A stretch of DNA of 64,000 bases from Gammaproteobacteria bacterium (GTDB taxonomy: Bacteria > Pseudomonadota > Gammaproteobacteria > GCA-001735895). Under the pieces are notes generated by a model. That model was not told the origin of the DNA, did not search any database, and saw only the letters and a program-made list of their open reading frames with translations. The stretch is from positions 41-64,040 of the forward strand of contig JAOTXY010000010.1 of NCBI GenBank assembly GCA_029862125.1, written 5' to 3'. Positions 20,497 to 30,682 of this stretch are shown one piece after another; within the stretch, counting starts at the first letter, position 1, and each line of letters opens with the position of its first letter. A program made the position numbers and the translations under genes.

Positions 20497-20964
20497 CTAT
20501 TGCTTCTCGCGGAATTCGTCGTGGCATCCCTTGCAGGATTTGCCAACTGCTCCCATCTTGGATTTGAGCGCCTCGCGGCCATCACCGGCTACCGCTGCAA
20601 GCTCGTTAACCGCCTCGACGTATTTCTTGCCGTATTTACTAATTTCCGGATAGGTCGTCCAGATCTTTGGCAACGCCGTCGTATCGCCCATGTAATTATC
20701 GATGTCGGATCCCTTTGCCCAGGCGCGGCCATTGTCGAGGTCGAGCATTAGTTTCAGATTTCCGGCAAGTTTTTTAGCCAGGTCAGCGTCGTAATCGATC
20801 TTGCCCTTGGCCATGCCGAACAGCGGTCCCACGTTAAAGGCGCGCAGCTGCATTTCGCCCTGGCGTGCCTTGATGGCATTTTTCAGCGGGTCCTTGCCAG
20901 CAAAGCCGGGTGCGCTAAGTGCCAAACCTGCGATTACAAGCAAAAGTCTAGATGTGGTTTTCAT
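20497..20964 (-). CDS. Cytochrome c'/c556 (class II)
   Basis: Signal peptide, ALPKIW, single C-terminal CKGCHDEFR. Confidence 0.9.
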   Translation of the reverse strand: MKTTSRLLLVIAGLALSAPGFAGKDPLKNAIKARQGEMQLRAFNVGPLFGMAKGKIDYDADLAKKLAGNLKLMLDLDNGRAWAKGSDIDNYMGDTTALPKIWTTYPEISKYGKKYVEAVNELAAVAGDGREALKSKMGAVGKSCKGCHDEFREKQ

Positions 20965-21115
20965 GTTTGATCTCCTCGAATTGTTTTTACAAAAATGCTA
21001 AATGGTTGATTTACAATTTTTAACATGCTCGATACTTCAAGCCATGCGCCCGGGTTGCGGCGAAACAACCGGTCCAGCCAGGATCACACAAGTCAAGGCT
21101 GGACCGTTGCAAAAC

Positions 21116-21679
21116 TCAGTTCCTGGATGCTTCGAGCTCAATTTGCAGGTCTAGTACTTCTCCAATACCCGGCAATCCGTAATTGACGCCGAACTCACTG
21201 CGCTTGATCGATGCGGTTGCATCGAATCCGCATACCTGTTTCTTGCTGAAAGGATGCTCACCGCAGTTGATCGAATCGACTTGCAAAGTCACAGGCTTGC
21301 TTACCCCCAGTATCGTCAAATTACCGGTTACTGACGCAAGTTTATTACCATTCCAGCCAGCCTTTGTGGACTTGAAGGTAATGGTCGGGTGTTCGACTGC
21401 GTTCAGGAAATCAGGCGAGGTCAGGTGCTGATCGCGTTTAACGTGACCCGTATCGATCGACGCAGCATCGATCTCGATAGTAACCGAAGCTTTTTTACTG
21501 CTGTGGTCATATTCGAGTGAACCCGACTGCTGGTTGAACTTTCCGCGCATGGTCGAGAAGCCCAGGTGGTTTATCGCAAAGCTGACATAAGTATGCGCGG
21601 GGTCAACGGTGTAGCTGGCGGCCAGCAAGCTGTTGACGGGTAGAATAACCAGGCTTGTTATGAGTAATACTTTCTTCAT
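21116..21679 (-). CDS. yceI: YceI-family polyisoprenoid-binding periplasmic protein
   Basis: YTVDPAHT, HLGFS, IDTGHVKRDQHL, GNLTILGVSKPV, IKRSEFG; start at MKKVLL after GGAG. Confidence 0.9.
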   Translation of the reverse strand: MKKVLLITSLVILPVNSLLAASYTVDPAHTYVSFAINHLGFSTMRGKFNQQSGSLEYDHSSKKASVTIEIDAASIDTGHVKRDQHLTSPDFLNAVEHPTITFKSTKAGWNGNKLASVTGNLTILGVSKPVTLQVDSINCGEHPFSKKQVCGFDATASIKRSEFGVNYGLPGIGEVLDLQIELEASRN

Positions 21680-21740
21680 TTGTTTCTCCTTTGTTTTATA
21701 CATTTCATTTGTAATTGGCCTCAAACGAGGTTAAATCGGA

Positions 21741-22586
21741 CTAGTAGCCCGACGAATTCGAACTTCCGGTCTGCCATACCCAGACAGATACGACCAACGC
21801 AATAATTAGTCCGGGCAGGCTGTTAACCAAAGCATTAAAAAAGCGCGAATCAGACTTGACCGGCACCAGGTTGGTAACGAGCGGTATCGTCGCCAGTGGA
21901 ATCAGGGCATACCAGGGCAGGCGCGCAAATATAACAGCGGCCAGTCCAATCAGGGCGGTCGACAAAACATAGGGCAGGGTCGAGATCGAAGCGCTCACTC
22001 TCCCGGGACCGGTAGCTTTGCCACGCAATACCCAGGCCAGCAATACACCGCCGGACGCAGCCGCGAGGCTCAGGGCGAGTTGTCCCAGCAGGGCGGAGGC
22101 GGCGGCCGTTGCGGACAGACCGGTACCGAGCAGCAGACTTAGGCCTGCGCCGTGAAACCGGGCATCGTCATTGGCAATACGCTCGAATGTCCACAGTAGC
22201 CACAAAACCAGTCCGACGCCTCCGGCCAGGAACAGAACGATAGCGGTGATTTCCATGCGCGCCACGACTTTGCCGAAAACCCATAACAGCGCCAGAATGG
22301 TCAAAACAGGTGCTGCGGCCCGCTGTAGCTTTACCTGTCGAATCAGGTATGGAGCCAGCCCCGCCAGGATGAGCGCGCCCAGCACCAGCAGGATGATTTT
22401 ACGGGTGCCGGTCAGCGGCGTGACGGTGACGCCGTTTATCAGTCCGGCAGATACCAGGAAGGCGGCAAACAGGGCCCATATCCAGGCGCCTGCGGTAACT
22501 TTTTTCAATCCACTGTAAACCAGCATCGCCAAGAAGAACGGGATGAGTGCGCTTTGAAATTCTGGCCGATCGAGCAGCTGTTCCAT
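21741..22586 (-). CDS. Hypothetical polytopic membrane protein
   Basis: 281-aa ORF with many hydrophobic helices, co-oriented with yceI. Confidence 0.7.
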   Translation of the reverse strand: MEQLLDRPEFQSALIPFFLAMLVYSGLKKVTAGAWIWALFAAFLVSAGLINGVTVTPLTGTRKIILLVLGALILAGLAPYLIRQVKLQRAAAPVLTILALLWVFGKVVARMEITAIVLFLAGGVGLVLWLLWTFERIANDDARFHGAGLSLLLGTGLSATAAASALLGQLALSLAAASGGVLLAWVLRGKATGPGRVSASISTLPYVLSTALIGLAAVIFARLPWYALIPLATIPLVTNLVPVKSDSRFFNALVNSLPGLIIALVVSVWVWQTGSSNSSGY

Positions 22587-22755
22587 CAGTGATAATCTAG
22601 TTTCCGGCTAACGGGGTAATCGTTGTGCCAGCGTTGCATGTGCTTATTGACTGGCATCCATAACACCACTATTGGGTAATAGAATAAGTGGGATCATGCT
22701 AACATGTAATATTTTTACATCAAATTACCTATTTTTGCGCTATAGTGCTGCAATT

Positions 22756-23622
22756 ATGCAGCATATTAACTGGGACAATCTGCGTTACGTCCTGATGGTC
22801 GCGAACAAGGGATCCGTGGCCGCGGCGGCGCGTGAACTTGAGGTTAACCGCACTACGGTATTGCGTCGTATCGATAAATTCCAGGAAAACCTGAATTGCC
22901 GCATCTTTGATCGGGGCAGGGCGGGCTATGTTTTGACTCCGGAGGCGGAGAAAATGATCAATGCCGCGCGCGAGGTAGAGGACACGCTGTTCACCATGCA
23001 GCGCCAGATCGCCGGGCATGAGTTGAAACTTGAAGGTGAATTGCGGGTAACGACGACCGATTCCTTCATGTTATCGGTGCTGGGCCCGCATCTTGCCAGC
23101 TTCAGAGAAAAACACCCGCACATCGTCGTCGATTTACTGGTCACCAATAGCCTCCTTGATCTTAACCGACGCGATGCGGACGTTGCGATACGGCCAACCG
23201 GGCATCCAGATTCCAGCCTGGTCTCGAAACGGCTATGCGATGTTGAGTTTGGGGTATATGCGTCTGTTGAGTATCTTGAGTCAACCACGCCGGGTAATAT
23301 TATCGATGGCCGCTGGATAGGTCTTGTCGATAGCCTGGGTACAACACCCATTGGTAGCTGGTTCGATGAGGCCATCGATAAGTCCAGAATTTGCATGCGC
23401 TGTGATTCCTTTGTCGCAATCCGAATTGCCGCGGAAGCAGGCATCGGACTCGCGCTATTACCCCGCTTCCTGGGCGATGCCTCCCAGGTCTTGAACCGGG
23501 TGGAATTTCCGACCGCGAAGCTGACCACGGGTTTATGGATTTTGACGCATCCTGACCTGGTACGTTCTGCCCGGGTCCACGCGTTCATCGATCACTTCAG
23601 CGAAGCGCTCGGTTCACCCTGA
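22756..23622 (+). CDS. LysR-family transcriptional regulator
   Basis: NWDNLRY...GSVAAAARELEVNRTTVLRRI HTH; DLNRRDADVAIR; divergent from the membrane protein/yceI genes. Confidence 0.92.
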   Translation: MQHINWDNLRYVLMVANKGSVAAAARELEVNRTTVLRRIDKFQENLNCRIFDRGRAGYVLTPEAEKMINAAREVEDTLFTMQRQIAGHELKLEGELRVTTTDSFMLSVLGPHLASFREKHPHIVVDLLVTNSLLDLNRRDADVAIRPTGHPDSSLVSKRLCDVEFGVYASVEYLESTTPGNIIDGRWIGLVDSLGTTPIGSWFDEAIDKSRICMRCDSFVAIRIAAEAGIGLALLPRFLGDASQVLNRVEFPTAKLTTGLWILTHPDLVRSARVHAFIDHFSEALGSP

Positions 23623-24484
23623 TACGGGTTATGCCAATGCCACCCAGTATGGTGGCCAGGGCGACGAAATGTTGCCAGGATACCGGTTCTGATAATAGCC
23701 AGGCGCCGCATAAAAAAGCCACCACCGGGATCAGGTAGTTGATAGTCGACAGAAAGGTCGGCCCGGCGCGGTCAATGACAGCAAACAGGATGATGGTCGC
23801 AATGCCGGTGGGACCAATACCCAGCCAGATCACGGACATCATCGAATCCTGGCTGATGGCGTTGTTGTCGGGTGCCAGAACCAGCCAGATGGGCAGCATG
23901 ACCAGGCTTGCCATGATGACTACACCACAGGCACCCACCATCGGGCTGAAGCGCGGCAGGCGTTTGATCAGGATCGAATTGACGGCATAACAGGTGGCCG
24001 CGGTAAAAATTGCCAGGCCACTCCAGAATTCGCGGCCACCGCCTTCGAACACCGGGCCAAGCAGCAGGGTGACCCCGGTAATGCCAAGCGCGAAGCCAAT
24101 CAGCTTGTAACGATTGAGCTTTTCGTCGACGACAAAATAATGTGCAAACACCATGGTCAACAGCGGCATGATTGCCATGATCATGCCGGCGACGCCCGAG
24201 TCTACCTCTTGTTGCCCCCAGGAGATCAGAAAGAAAGGTAAAGCATTACCGACGATAGCCATTACCAGGAAACCCGCCCAGGTGCGCCAATCCCGGGGAA
24301 TTGAATGACCGCGCGCGTAGACCACCAGTGACAGCACCAATGCACCCAGCGCCAGGCGGTAAAAAACAACCGAGATCGGATCGACGGTGCTGACCGATAT
24401 CGCGGTAAACATGAAGGAAGTCCCCCACAGTGCGACCAGGCCCAGCAACAGCGTCCAGTTGATCAGGATTGTTCTTGAATTCAA
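23597..24484 (-). CDS. DMT/EamA family transporter
   Basis: LWGTSF, GNALPFFLISWG, NYLIPVVA...LLSEP; about ten TM helices. Confidence 0.9.
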   Translation of the reverse strand: MNSRTILINWTLLLGLVALWGTSFMFTAISVSTVDPISVVFYRLALGALVLSLVVYARGHSIPRDWRTWAGFLVMAIVGNALPFFLISWGQQEVDSGVAGMIMAIMPLLTMVFAHYFVVDEKLNRYKLIGFALGITGVTLLLGPVFEGGGREFWSGLAIFTAATCYAVNSILIKRLPRFSPMVGACGVVIMASLVMLPIWLVLAPDNNAISQDSMMSVIWLGIGPTGIATIILFAVIDRAGPTFLSTINYLIPVVAFLCGAWLLSEPVSWQHFVALATILGGIGITRIRVNRALR

Positions 24485-24487
24485 AGC

Positions 24488-26440
24488 TTAGTCTTTCAGC
24501 TGGGGCAGGTTGCGATAGAGTTCTAACGCTTCTGGATTGGCAAGTGAGTGCACATTCTTGACCGCCCGGTCATGGACCACTTCGCGCACCGCGAGTTCGA
24601 CTATCTTGCCCGACTTGGTGCGCGGTATTTCGGATACCTGCACAATCCTGGCGGGCACATGACGGGGTGTGCATTTCGCTCGTACGGTCCCGCGGATCCT
24701 GTCTTGCAGCGCATCGTCGAGATCAATGCCAGGCTGTAAAACAACAAACAGTACAACGCGTACATCGTCCTCCCATTGCTGCCCGATGACGATGCTTTCG
24801 ACAATTTCATCCAGTTGTTCAACATGTCGGTAAATCTCGGCGGTGCCGATACGCACGCCCCCAGGATTCAGGGTTGCGTCGGAACGACCGAAAATAATGA
24901 TGCCATCGTGATCGGTCAGCATGACGTAGTCGCCATGATGCCAAACGTTATCAAAACGCGCGAAGTAGGCGTTGTGGTATTTTTCGCCGCTGTTATCGCC
25001 CCAGAAATAAACCGGTTGGCAGGGAAAAGTCTGGGTGCAGACCAGCTCGCCTTTCTTGTTGCGGACCGGATTACCATCGTCATCAAACACGTCAACAGCC
25101 ATGCCGAGCCCGCGGCACTGGACTTCACCCCGGTATATAGGCCTTAGTGGACAGCTGATGACAAAACAGGAAACGATGTCAGTGCCGCCTGATACCGAGG
25201 CGAGACAGAGATCCTGCTTGATGTTTTCGTAAACATAGTCAAAACTTTCCGGCGCGAGCACCGACCCGGTCGACGCAATTGTGCGCAAGCCCGACAGCTT
25301 AAACTTATTTAGTGGACGCAGCCCGGCCTTTTTCATCGCGTCGATGTATTTGGCCGAGGTACCAAAAATAGTCAGATCGATATCCTCGGCATAACGCCAC
25401 AGCACTTCACCATCCGGATAGAAAGGCGACCCGTCGTAAAGCACCAGCGCTGCTTTACTCGCGAGTGCGCTTACCAGCCAGTTCCACATCATCCAGCCCA
25501 GCGTGGTGAAATAAAATACGCGGTCCCCGGGATGGATATCGCAATGTAGCATCTGCTCCTTTAAATGCTGGATCAACGTACCGCCCACCCCGTGGGTGAT
25601 GCACTTGGGCTTACCGGTCGTACCCGAGGAATAGAGTACGTATAACGGGTCATTAAAATTGCGCGCCACGAATTCTATTTCGGTGACGGGGTTGGCGATG
25701 ATGTCGCTCCAGGCAACAGCCCCATGCTGGTTGCCGAACCCGGCAAAGTTGATCTGGACAACCTGTTCAAGGGTCGGTAACTGCGCACAGATGCTTTTAA
25801 CCTTGTTATTGATATCGTGGCGTTTACCGTTATAAAAGTATCCGTCCACGGTGAACAGAAACCTCGGTTCGGTCTGGCCGAAGCGGTCGACGACGCTGTC
25901 CTCGCCGAAGTCGGGTGAAGTTGATGTCCACACCGCACCGAGGCTGGTAGCCGCAAGCATCGCGACCACGGCTTCGGGCATATTGGGCAGGTAGGCAGCG
26001 ACGCGATCGCCGGGTTTAAGTCCATTCATTTTAAGCCAGTCGGAAACGCTTGCGACCTGGTCGTAAAGTTCACGGTAAGTCAGCGAGTAGTCGACCTGGT
26101 CCTCGGCGCGAAAGTAAATCGCGATTTCGTCATTCTTTTTGCGCAACAGGTTTTCGGCAAAATTGAGTGTTGCATCGGGAAACCATTGCGCTTTTTCGAT
26201 ATCTTCGCCATCGATCAGGATGCGTTCACCCTTGTCTCCGATAATTTCGAAAAAATCCCAGGCCTCCGACCAGAAGGTTTCCTTTTGATCAGTCGACCAT
26301 TGGTAGAGTGCGTCGTAGTCGTTGATCGAAAGGTCGTGGCGCTGATTCACCTGCGCAATAAAGCGCGTCATGTTGGCCGCGTCAATGCTGGCCTGGCTGG
26401 GCGTCCACAGGGGTTGTTGTTCTGTCATTTTTAGCGTCAT
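24488..26440 (-). CDS. Acetoacetate-CoA ligase
   Basis: WFPDATLNFAENLL, YSSGTTGKPKCI, GWMMWNWL, SGGTDIVSCF, GRSDATLNPGGVRIGTAEIY, PRTKSGK; start may be 26428. Confidence 0.92.
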   Translation of the reverse strand: MTLKMTEQQPLWTPSQASIDAANMTRFIAQVNQRHDLSINDYDALYQWSTDQKETFWSEAWDFFEIIGDKGERILIDGEDIEKAQWFPDATLNFAENLLRKKNDEIAIYFRAEDQVDYSLTYRELYDQVASVSDWLKMNGLKPGDRVAAYLPNMPEAVVAMLAATSLGAVWTSTSPDFGEDSVVDRFGQTEPRFLFTVDGYFYNGKRHDINNKVKSICAQLPTLEQVVQINFAGFGNQHGAVAWSDIIANPVTEIEFVARNFNDPLYVLYSSGTTGKPKCITHGVGGTLIQHLKEQMLHCDIHPGDRVFYFTTLGWMMWNWLVSALASKAALVLYDGSPFYPDGEVLWRYAEDIDLTIFGTSAKYIDAMKKAGLRPLNKFKLSGLRTIASTGSVLAPESFDYVYENIKQDLCLASVSGGTDIVSCFVISCPLRPIYRGEVQCRGLGMAVDVFDDDGNPVRNKKGELVCTQTFPCQPVYFWGDNSGEKYHNAYFARFDNVWHHGDYVMLTDHDGIIIFGRSDATLNPGGVRIGTAEIYRHVEQLDEIVESIVIGQQWEDDVRVVLFVVLQPGIDLDDALQDRIRGTVRAKCTPRHVPARIVQVSEIPRTKSGKIVELAVREVVHDRAVKNVHSLANPEALELYRNLPQLKD

Positions 26441-26455
26441 CCCGCACTATATTGC

Positions 26456-26635
26456 GTCATCCCCGCGAAAGCGGGGATCTCGTAACCTTGTCGCAATCTT
26501 AACAAGATTCCCCCCGGGCCGCGTAGGCTTACGCGGGAATGTCTGGTTAAGGGGTCGTACCCGCGTGAGCGAGGCCTCTTAGCGGACCACCGATTACAAG
26601 ATCCCGGATATGCGCTGTGCGCATTCCGGGATGAC
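26456..26635. repeat. Cluster of REP-like palindromic elements
   Basis: GTCATCCCCGCGAAAGCGGGGATCTC (26456-26481), a degenerate inverted copy ending GCGGGAATGTC (~26543), and GATCCCGGA..GCGC..GCGC..TCCGGGATGAC (~26600-26635). Confidence 0.7.
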
Positions 26636-26637
26636 CC

Positions 26638-26667
26638 CCAGTCACCCGCCTACGGGCTGGTGACTGG
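26638..26667 (-). terminator. Hairpin immediately after the carnitine operon stop codon
   Basis: CCAGTCACC...GGTGACTGG inverted repeat; no clear U-tract. Confidence 0.4.
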
Positions 26668-26670
26668 AGG

Positions 26671-27453
26671 TCACTTTCCTTTCCACACCGGATCGCGTTT
26701 TTCGGCGAACGCCTTGAAGCCTTCCATGCCGTCTTCACTGCCATAGAGGGTATCGACAGTCTCAAGCTGGCGCTTGGTAATCCGGTTCATCGTATCCTGG
26801 AACTTCATCGCCTCGGCTTCACGCGCGACTTCCTTGATCGATGCAAACACCAGCGGTGGTCCGGCGGCCAGTTCGAACGCAACCTCCCAGACTCGGTCCA
26901 TTAACTCGTCCGTCGGCAGAACCTCGTTTACCAGGCCCCAACGCAAGGCTTCGGCGCTATCCATCCAGCGGCCGCGATAGAGCATTTCCATCGCCACGTG
27001 GTAGGGAATGCGCTTCGGTAGTTTAATCGTTGCGGCGTCAGCCAGTGTGCCGGCCTTGATCTCGGGTAGCGCGAAACTCGAATGTTCGGAGGCGTAAATC
27101 AGGTCCGCTGACAACATGAGTTCAAAGCCCCCACCGACCGCCATACCGTTGACCGCGGCAATGACGGGTTTATTAAGACCGCGCAATTCCTGCAGCCCAG
27201 CAAATCCGCCAACGCCGTAGTCGCCATCAACCGCGTCGCCATCCGCGGCGGCCTTTAAATCCCAACCGGCAGAAAAGAATTTATCGCCCGCGGTCTGGAC
27301 AATGGCAACGCGCAACTCGGGGTCGTCACGGAATTCCCTGAACGTCTCGCCCATCAGTCGGCTGGTATGGAGATCGATAGCATTGGCCTTGGGTCGATCT
27401 AGCGTGACTTCGAGAACCCCGCCTTCTCTGCGGGTAGTGATTACATCAGTCAT
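26671..27453 (-). CDS. caiD: Carnitinyl-CoA dehydratase / crotonobetainyl-CoA hydratase
   Basis: LDRPKANAID, KFFSAGWDLKAAA, DYGVGGFAGL, GGGFE, FAEKRDPVWKGK; carnitine-cluster context. Confidence 0.88.
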   Translation of the reverse strand: MTDVITTRREGGVLEVTLDRPKANAIDLHTSRLMGETFREFRDDPELRVAIVQTAGDKFFSAGWDLKAAADGDAVDGDYGVGGFAGLQELRGLNKPVIAAVNGMAVGGGFELMLSADLIYASEHSSFALPEIKAGTLADAATIKLPKRIPYHVAMEMLYRGRWMDSAEALRWGLVNEVLPTDELMDRVWEVAFELAAGPPLVFASIKEVAREAEAMKFQDTMNRITKRQLETVDTLYGSEDGMEGFKAFAEKRDPVWKGK

Positions 27454-29508
27454 TTATTTCTGCTCCTCTAGTACGATAAGTGCATCGGCCGCGAAAACAC
27501 CTTCTCCCTGCGCGCCGATCATTAATGGATTAACGTCAAGTTCGATCAGTGAACCCGAATTCGAGATCGCGAATTGCTGGATAGCAACAATGGCATCGAC
27601 GGTAGCTTCGATGTCAGCGGCGGGCTTGCCACGATAGCCATCTAGCAACGATGCGGATTTAAGGCCCGCGACTGTAGCTTCGATTTCATCGCGCCGTGCC
27701 GGGATGATAAGAGTTTTACTATCCTTCAGGATTTCGACCAGGATGCCGCCGCTGCCGATGGTCAAAATCAGGCCATACTGGGGATCGCGAGTTACCCCGA
27801 CAATCAATTCGGCCACGGCCGGTTTCATGGTTTCCAGGTAAAGCTGGTCGCTGAGTTTGAATAATTCGTTGGCCGATCGACTGACGTCTGCCTCGTTAAC
27901 CAGGTTCAATCGTACCGCGTTATGCTCGGTTTTATGGGCGATGCCGAGCGCTTTCATTACCAGCGGATAACCCAGGCTCGGTGCAAGCTCCAGTGCGGCT
28001 TCATTCGAATCGACGCATTGACCTTCCGGTATCGGTACGCCCACCGCGTTTAAACGCTGCTTGGCGCTTGCTTCATCGAGGGTTATCCCGGTGCTGCAAG
28101 TCGGGGCAAGCTGTAATACCGGTTCAGGTCGTTCCTGATTCCAGGCGGCGCCGATGTCGGCGGCGATTCCGGTTGCCTGCAGCGCCTCGTCTATGCCGTA
28201 GAAACTGACGATGCCACGCCGACTGAAATTCTCTGTATATTCCTCGGGGATATTCTCCGGCATACCGACGACGAACGCGCCCTTGGCCCGGTTATGCTTG
28301 AGTGCGGCTTCGAAGGCGTCGACCGCAATGTGCCATTCCCAGTCTTCGCAGCGCGCATGATGCGGGAAATCGAGGATCAGGTAATTCATATCGAAGTCCA
28401 GGGCCGTCATCCCGCGATAGGTGGCTTCCATCACTTCCCGGTTACCCCAACTGTAGGTCTGGTAGTCGAGAGGGTTGGCAACCGTGACCAGGGGGCCCAG
28501 CGCGGCTTCGATCGGTGCCTTTTGCGAGTCTTCGAGATCGGGGAAGTAAACCTTGTGCCGTGCGGCGGTGTCGGCAATGATGCTGGCTTCACCGCCGGAG
28601 CAGCTCATCGACGATACCCGGTAGCCCTCGAGCGGTCCGTGCTGATGCAGTAGTTTCAGCGTCTCCAGGAACACCGGGATCGATTCGGCCTGGCCGAATC
28701 CGTTACGGCGTAAAAATTCGCTCGTCACCTCGTGCGAACCCACCAGCGATGCAGTGTGCGACATTGCGGCAGCTTGTGACTGTTCGCTCTTGCCGACCTT
28801 GAACACGACGATCGGTTTGTTTAAAGCGCGCGATTTTTGCGCCAGTTTTTCCATCGCTACAATTGAATCGAAACCTTCGACGTACATGCCGAGCGCGGTA
28901 ACGCGAGGATCATCGAGCAACGACAGTGCCAGCTCTGATATGCCGACCACCGCCTGGTTGCCAACCGTAACAACGTAGGTCAGTGGCAGCCCACGCTTTT
29001 GCATGGTGAAGTTAATCGCGATGTTGGATGACTGGGCGATGATCGCAACCCCGGTGCTGTCGGCTTTTAGACGCTTGCCGCCCTGCTGATCGGGCCACAG
29101 CAGCGCGCCGTCGGCGTAATTGATAAAGCCGTAACAGTTCGGGCCGAGAATCGGCATGTCGCCCGCTGCCTCGATCAATGCGGCCTGCAACTCACCCCCG
29201 GTCTTATCGGCTTCGCGAAAGCCCGAGGCATAGCATACCGCGCCTCCGCAGCCGCGTTCCCGCAACGCCCTGACCACATCGACGCTAGCGTGCCGATTAA
29301 CTCCGACAAAGGCGGCATCGGGCACACCGGGCAGGTCCTCGACGCGCTTGAACGCGGGGATTCCGCGCACCTCGGTTTTCTCGGGATGTACCGGCCAGAT
29401 CTCGCCCTGGTAGCCCATCAGTTGGCATTGTTCGACCACGCGGCTCGCTTGCAGGCCGCCGATCGCGGTGATCGACCCGGGTCGCAGCAGTCGTTCCAGG
29501 CCGGACAT
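27454..29508 (-). CDS. Acetate-CoA ligase (ADP-forming) family acyl-CoA synthetase; probable gamma-butyrobetaine/carnitine-CoA ligase
   Basis: ILGPNCYG, MSHTASL phospho-His motif, ANPLDY, C-terminal ATP-grasp (AHKTE, ELDVNPL); substrate from context. Confidence 0.85.
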   Translation of the reverse strand: MSGLERLLRPGSITAIGGLQASRVVEQCQLMGYQGEIWPVHPEKTEVRGIPAFKRVEDLPGVPDAAFVGVNRHASVDVVRALRERGCGGAVCYASGFREADKTGGELQAALIEAAGDMPILGPNCYGFINYADGALLWPDQQGGKRLKADSTGVAIIAQSSNIAINFTMQKRGLPLTYVVTVGNQAVVGISELALSLLDDPRVTALGMYVEGFDSIVAMEKLAQKSRALNKPIVVFKVGKSEQSQAAAMSHTASLVGSHEVTSEFLRRNGFGQAESIPVFLETLKLLHQHGPLEGYRVSSMSCSGGEASIIADTAARHKVYFPDLEDSQKAPIEAALGPLVTVANPLDYQTYSWGNREVMEATYRGMTALDFDMNYLILDFPHHARCEDWEWHIAVDAFEAALKHNRAKGAFVVGMPENIPEEYTENFSRRGIVSFYGIDEALQATGIAADIGAAWNQERPEPVLQLAPTCSTGITLDEASAKQRLNAVGVPIPEGQCVDSNEAALELAPSLGYPLVMKALGIAHKTEHNAVRLNLVNEADVSRSANELFKLSDQLYLETMKPAVAELIVGVTRDPQYGLILTIGSGGILVEILKDSKTLIIPARRDEIEATVAGLKSASLLDGYRGKPAADIEATVDAIVAIQQFAISNSGSLIELDVNPLMIGAQGEGVFAADALIVLEEQK

Positions 29509-30668
29509 CAGCCACCCAGCGGGCGCAGCAATTCGCGCGATATGATATGGCGCTGGATTTCAGAGGTGCCATCCCAGATGCGTTCGACCCGCGCATCGCG
29601 CCAGAACCGTTCCAGCGGTAGTTCATCCATCAGGCCCATGCCGCCGAAGATCTGGATCGCTTCATCGGTTACGCGCGCCAGCATCTCGGTGGCGAACACC
29701 TTGGCGCTTGCAATTTCGCGATTGGCATCGAGTCCCTGGTCGAGACGCCAGGCCGCAGACAGCGTGAGCCAGTCGGCGGCGTCGATGTCGGTGATCATGT
29801 CGGCGAGTTTGAAAGACACGCCCTGGAATTTGCCGATCTGCTGACCGAACTGTTTACGCTCGACCGCGTAGGGCAGGGCATATTCGAAGGCACGTCGAGC
29901 GCGCCCGACACTGGTTGCGGCGACGGTTAAACGGGTCGCGTACAACCATTCGTTCATGACTTCGAAGCCGCCGTGTAATTCACCCAGAATCTGACCTTCG
30001 GGCAAACGGCAATTATCGAAGTTCAGGATACAGTTTTTGTAACCGCGATGGCTGACCGAGTTATATCCCGGCCTGATTTCGAATCCCGGCGTGCCGCGGT
30101 CTACCAGGAAGCAGGTGATTTTCTTCTTGATGCCGCGAGGTGTTTCTTCTTCCCCGGTGGCGATAAAGACGATGACGAAGTCAGCAATATCGGCGTGACT
30201 GATAAAATGCTTGCTGCCATTCACAACCCAGTCACTGCCATCCTGCCGGGCACTGCATTTCATGCCACGAACATCGGAACCGGCTCCCGGTTCGGTCATG
30301 GCTAGCGCATCAAATTTCTCACCTTTAACCGCGGGGACCAGGTATTTTTCGCGCTGCTCTTCGGTGCAGGCCTGCAGTATGCCGGAAGGACGCCCGAAGA
30401 ATACCGCGAGTGCGTTCGAGGCACGACCGAGTTCACGTTCGAGCAGGGTGAAGTCAAGGTGGCTTAAGCCACCGCCACCAAATTCCTCGGAGATATTGGC
30501 GGCGAAGTAGCCCGCCTCGATACATTTGTCCCGAATTTCGTGGCCGATTTCGATTGGCACTTCGCCGCTGCGCTCGACTTCGGCTTCATGCGGGTAAATT
30601 TCGTTTTCGACGAAGCTTCTGACCGTGTCGACGATCATTTCCTGTTCAAAACTGAGTCCGAAATGCAT
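29508..30668 (-). CDS. Acyl-CoA dehydrogenase; probable gamma-butyrobetainyl-CoA dehydrogenase
   Basis: AMTEPGAGSD, RKQFGQQI, QIFGGMG, RIWDGTSEIQR; substrate from context. Confidence 0.9.
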   Translation of the reverse strand: MHFGLSFEQEMIVDTVRSFVENEIYPHEAEVERSGEVPIEIGHEIRDKCIEAGYFAANISEEFGGGGLSHLDFTLLERELGRASNALAVFFGRPSGILQACTEEQREKYLVPAVKGEKFDALAMTEPGAGSDVRGMKCSARQDGSDWVVNGSKHFISHADIADFVIVFIATGEEETPRGIKKKITCFLVDRGTPGFEIRPGYNSVSHRGYKNCILNFDNCRLPEGQILGELHGGFEVMNEWLYATRLTVAATSVGRARRAFEYALPYAVERKQFGQQIGKFQGVSFKLADMITDIDAADWLTLSAAWRLDQGLDANREIASAKVFATEMLARVTDEAIQIFGGMGLMDELPLERFWRDARVERIWDGTSEIQRHIISRELLRPLGG

Positions 30669-30682
30669 GTTATTCTCCAAAT

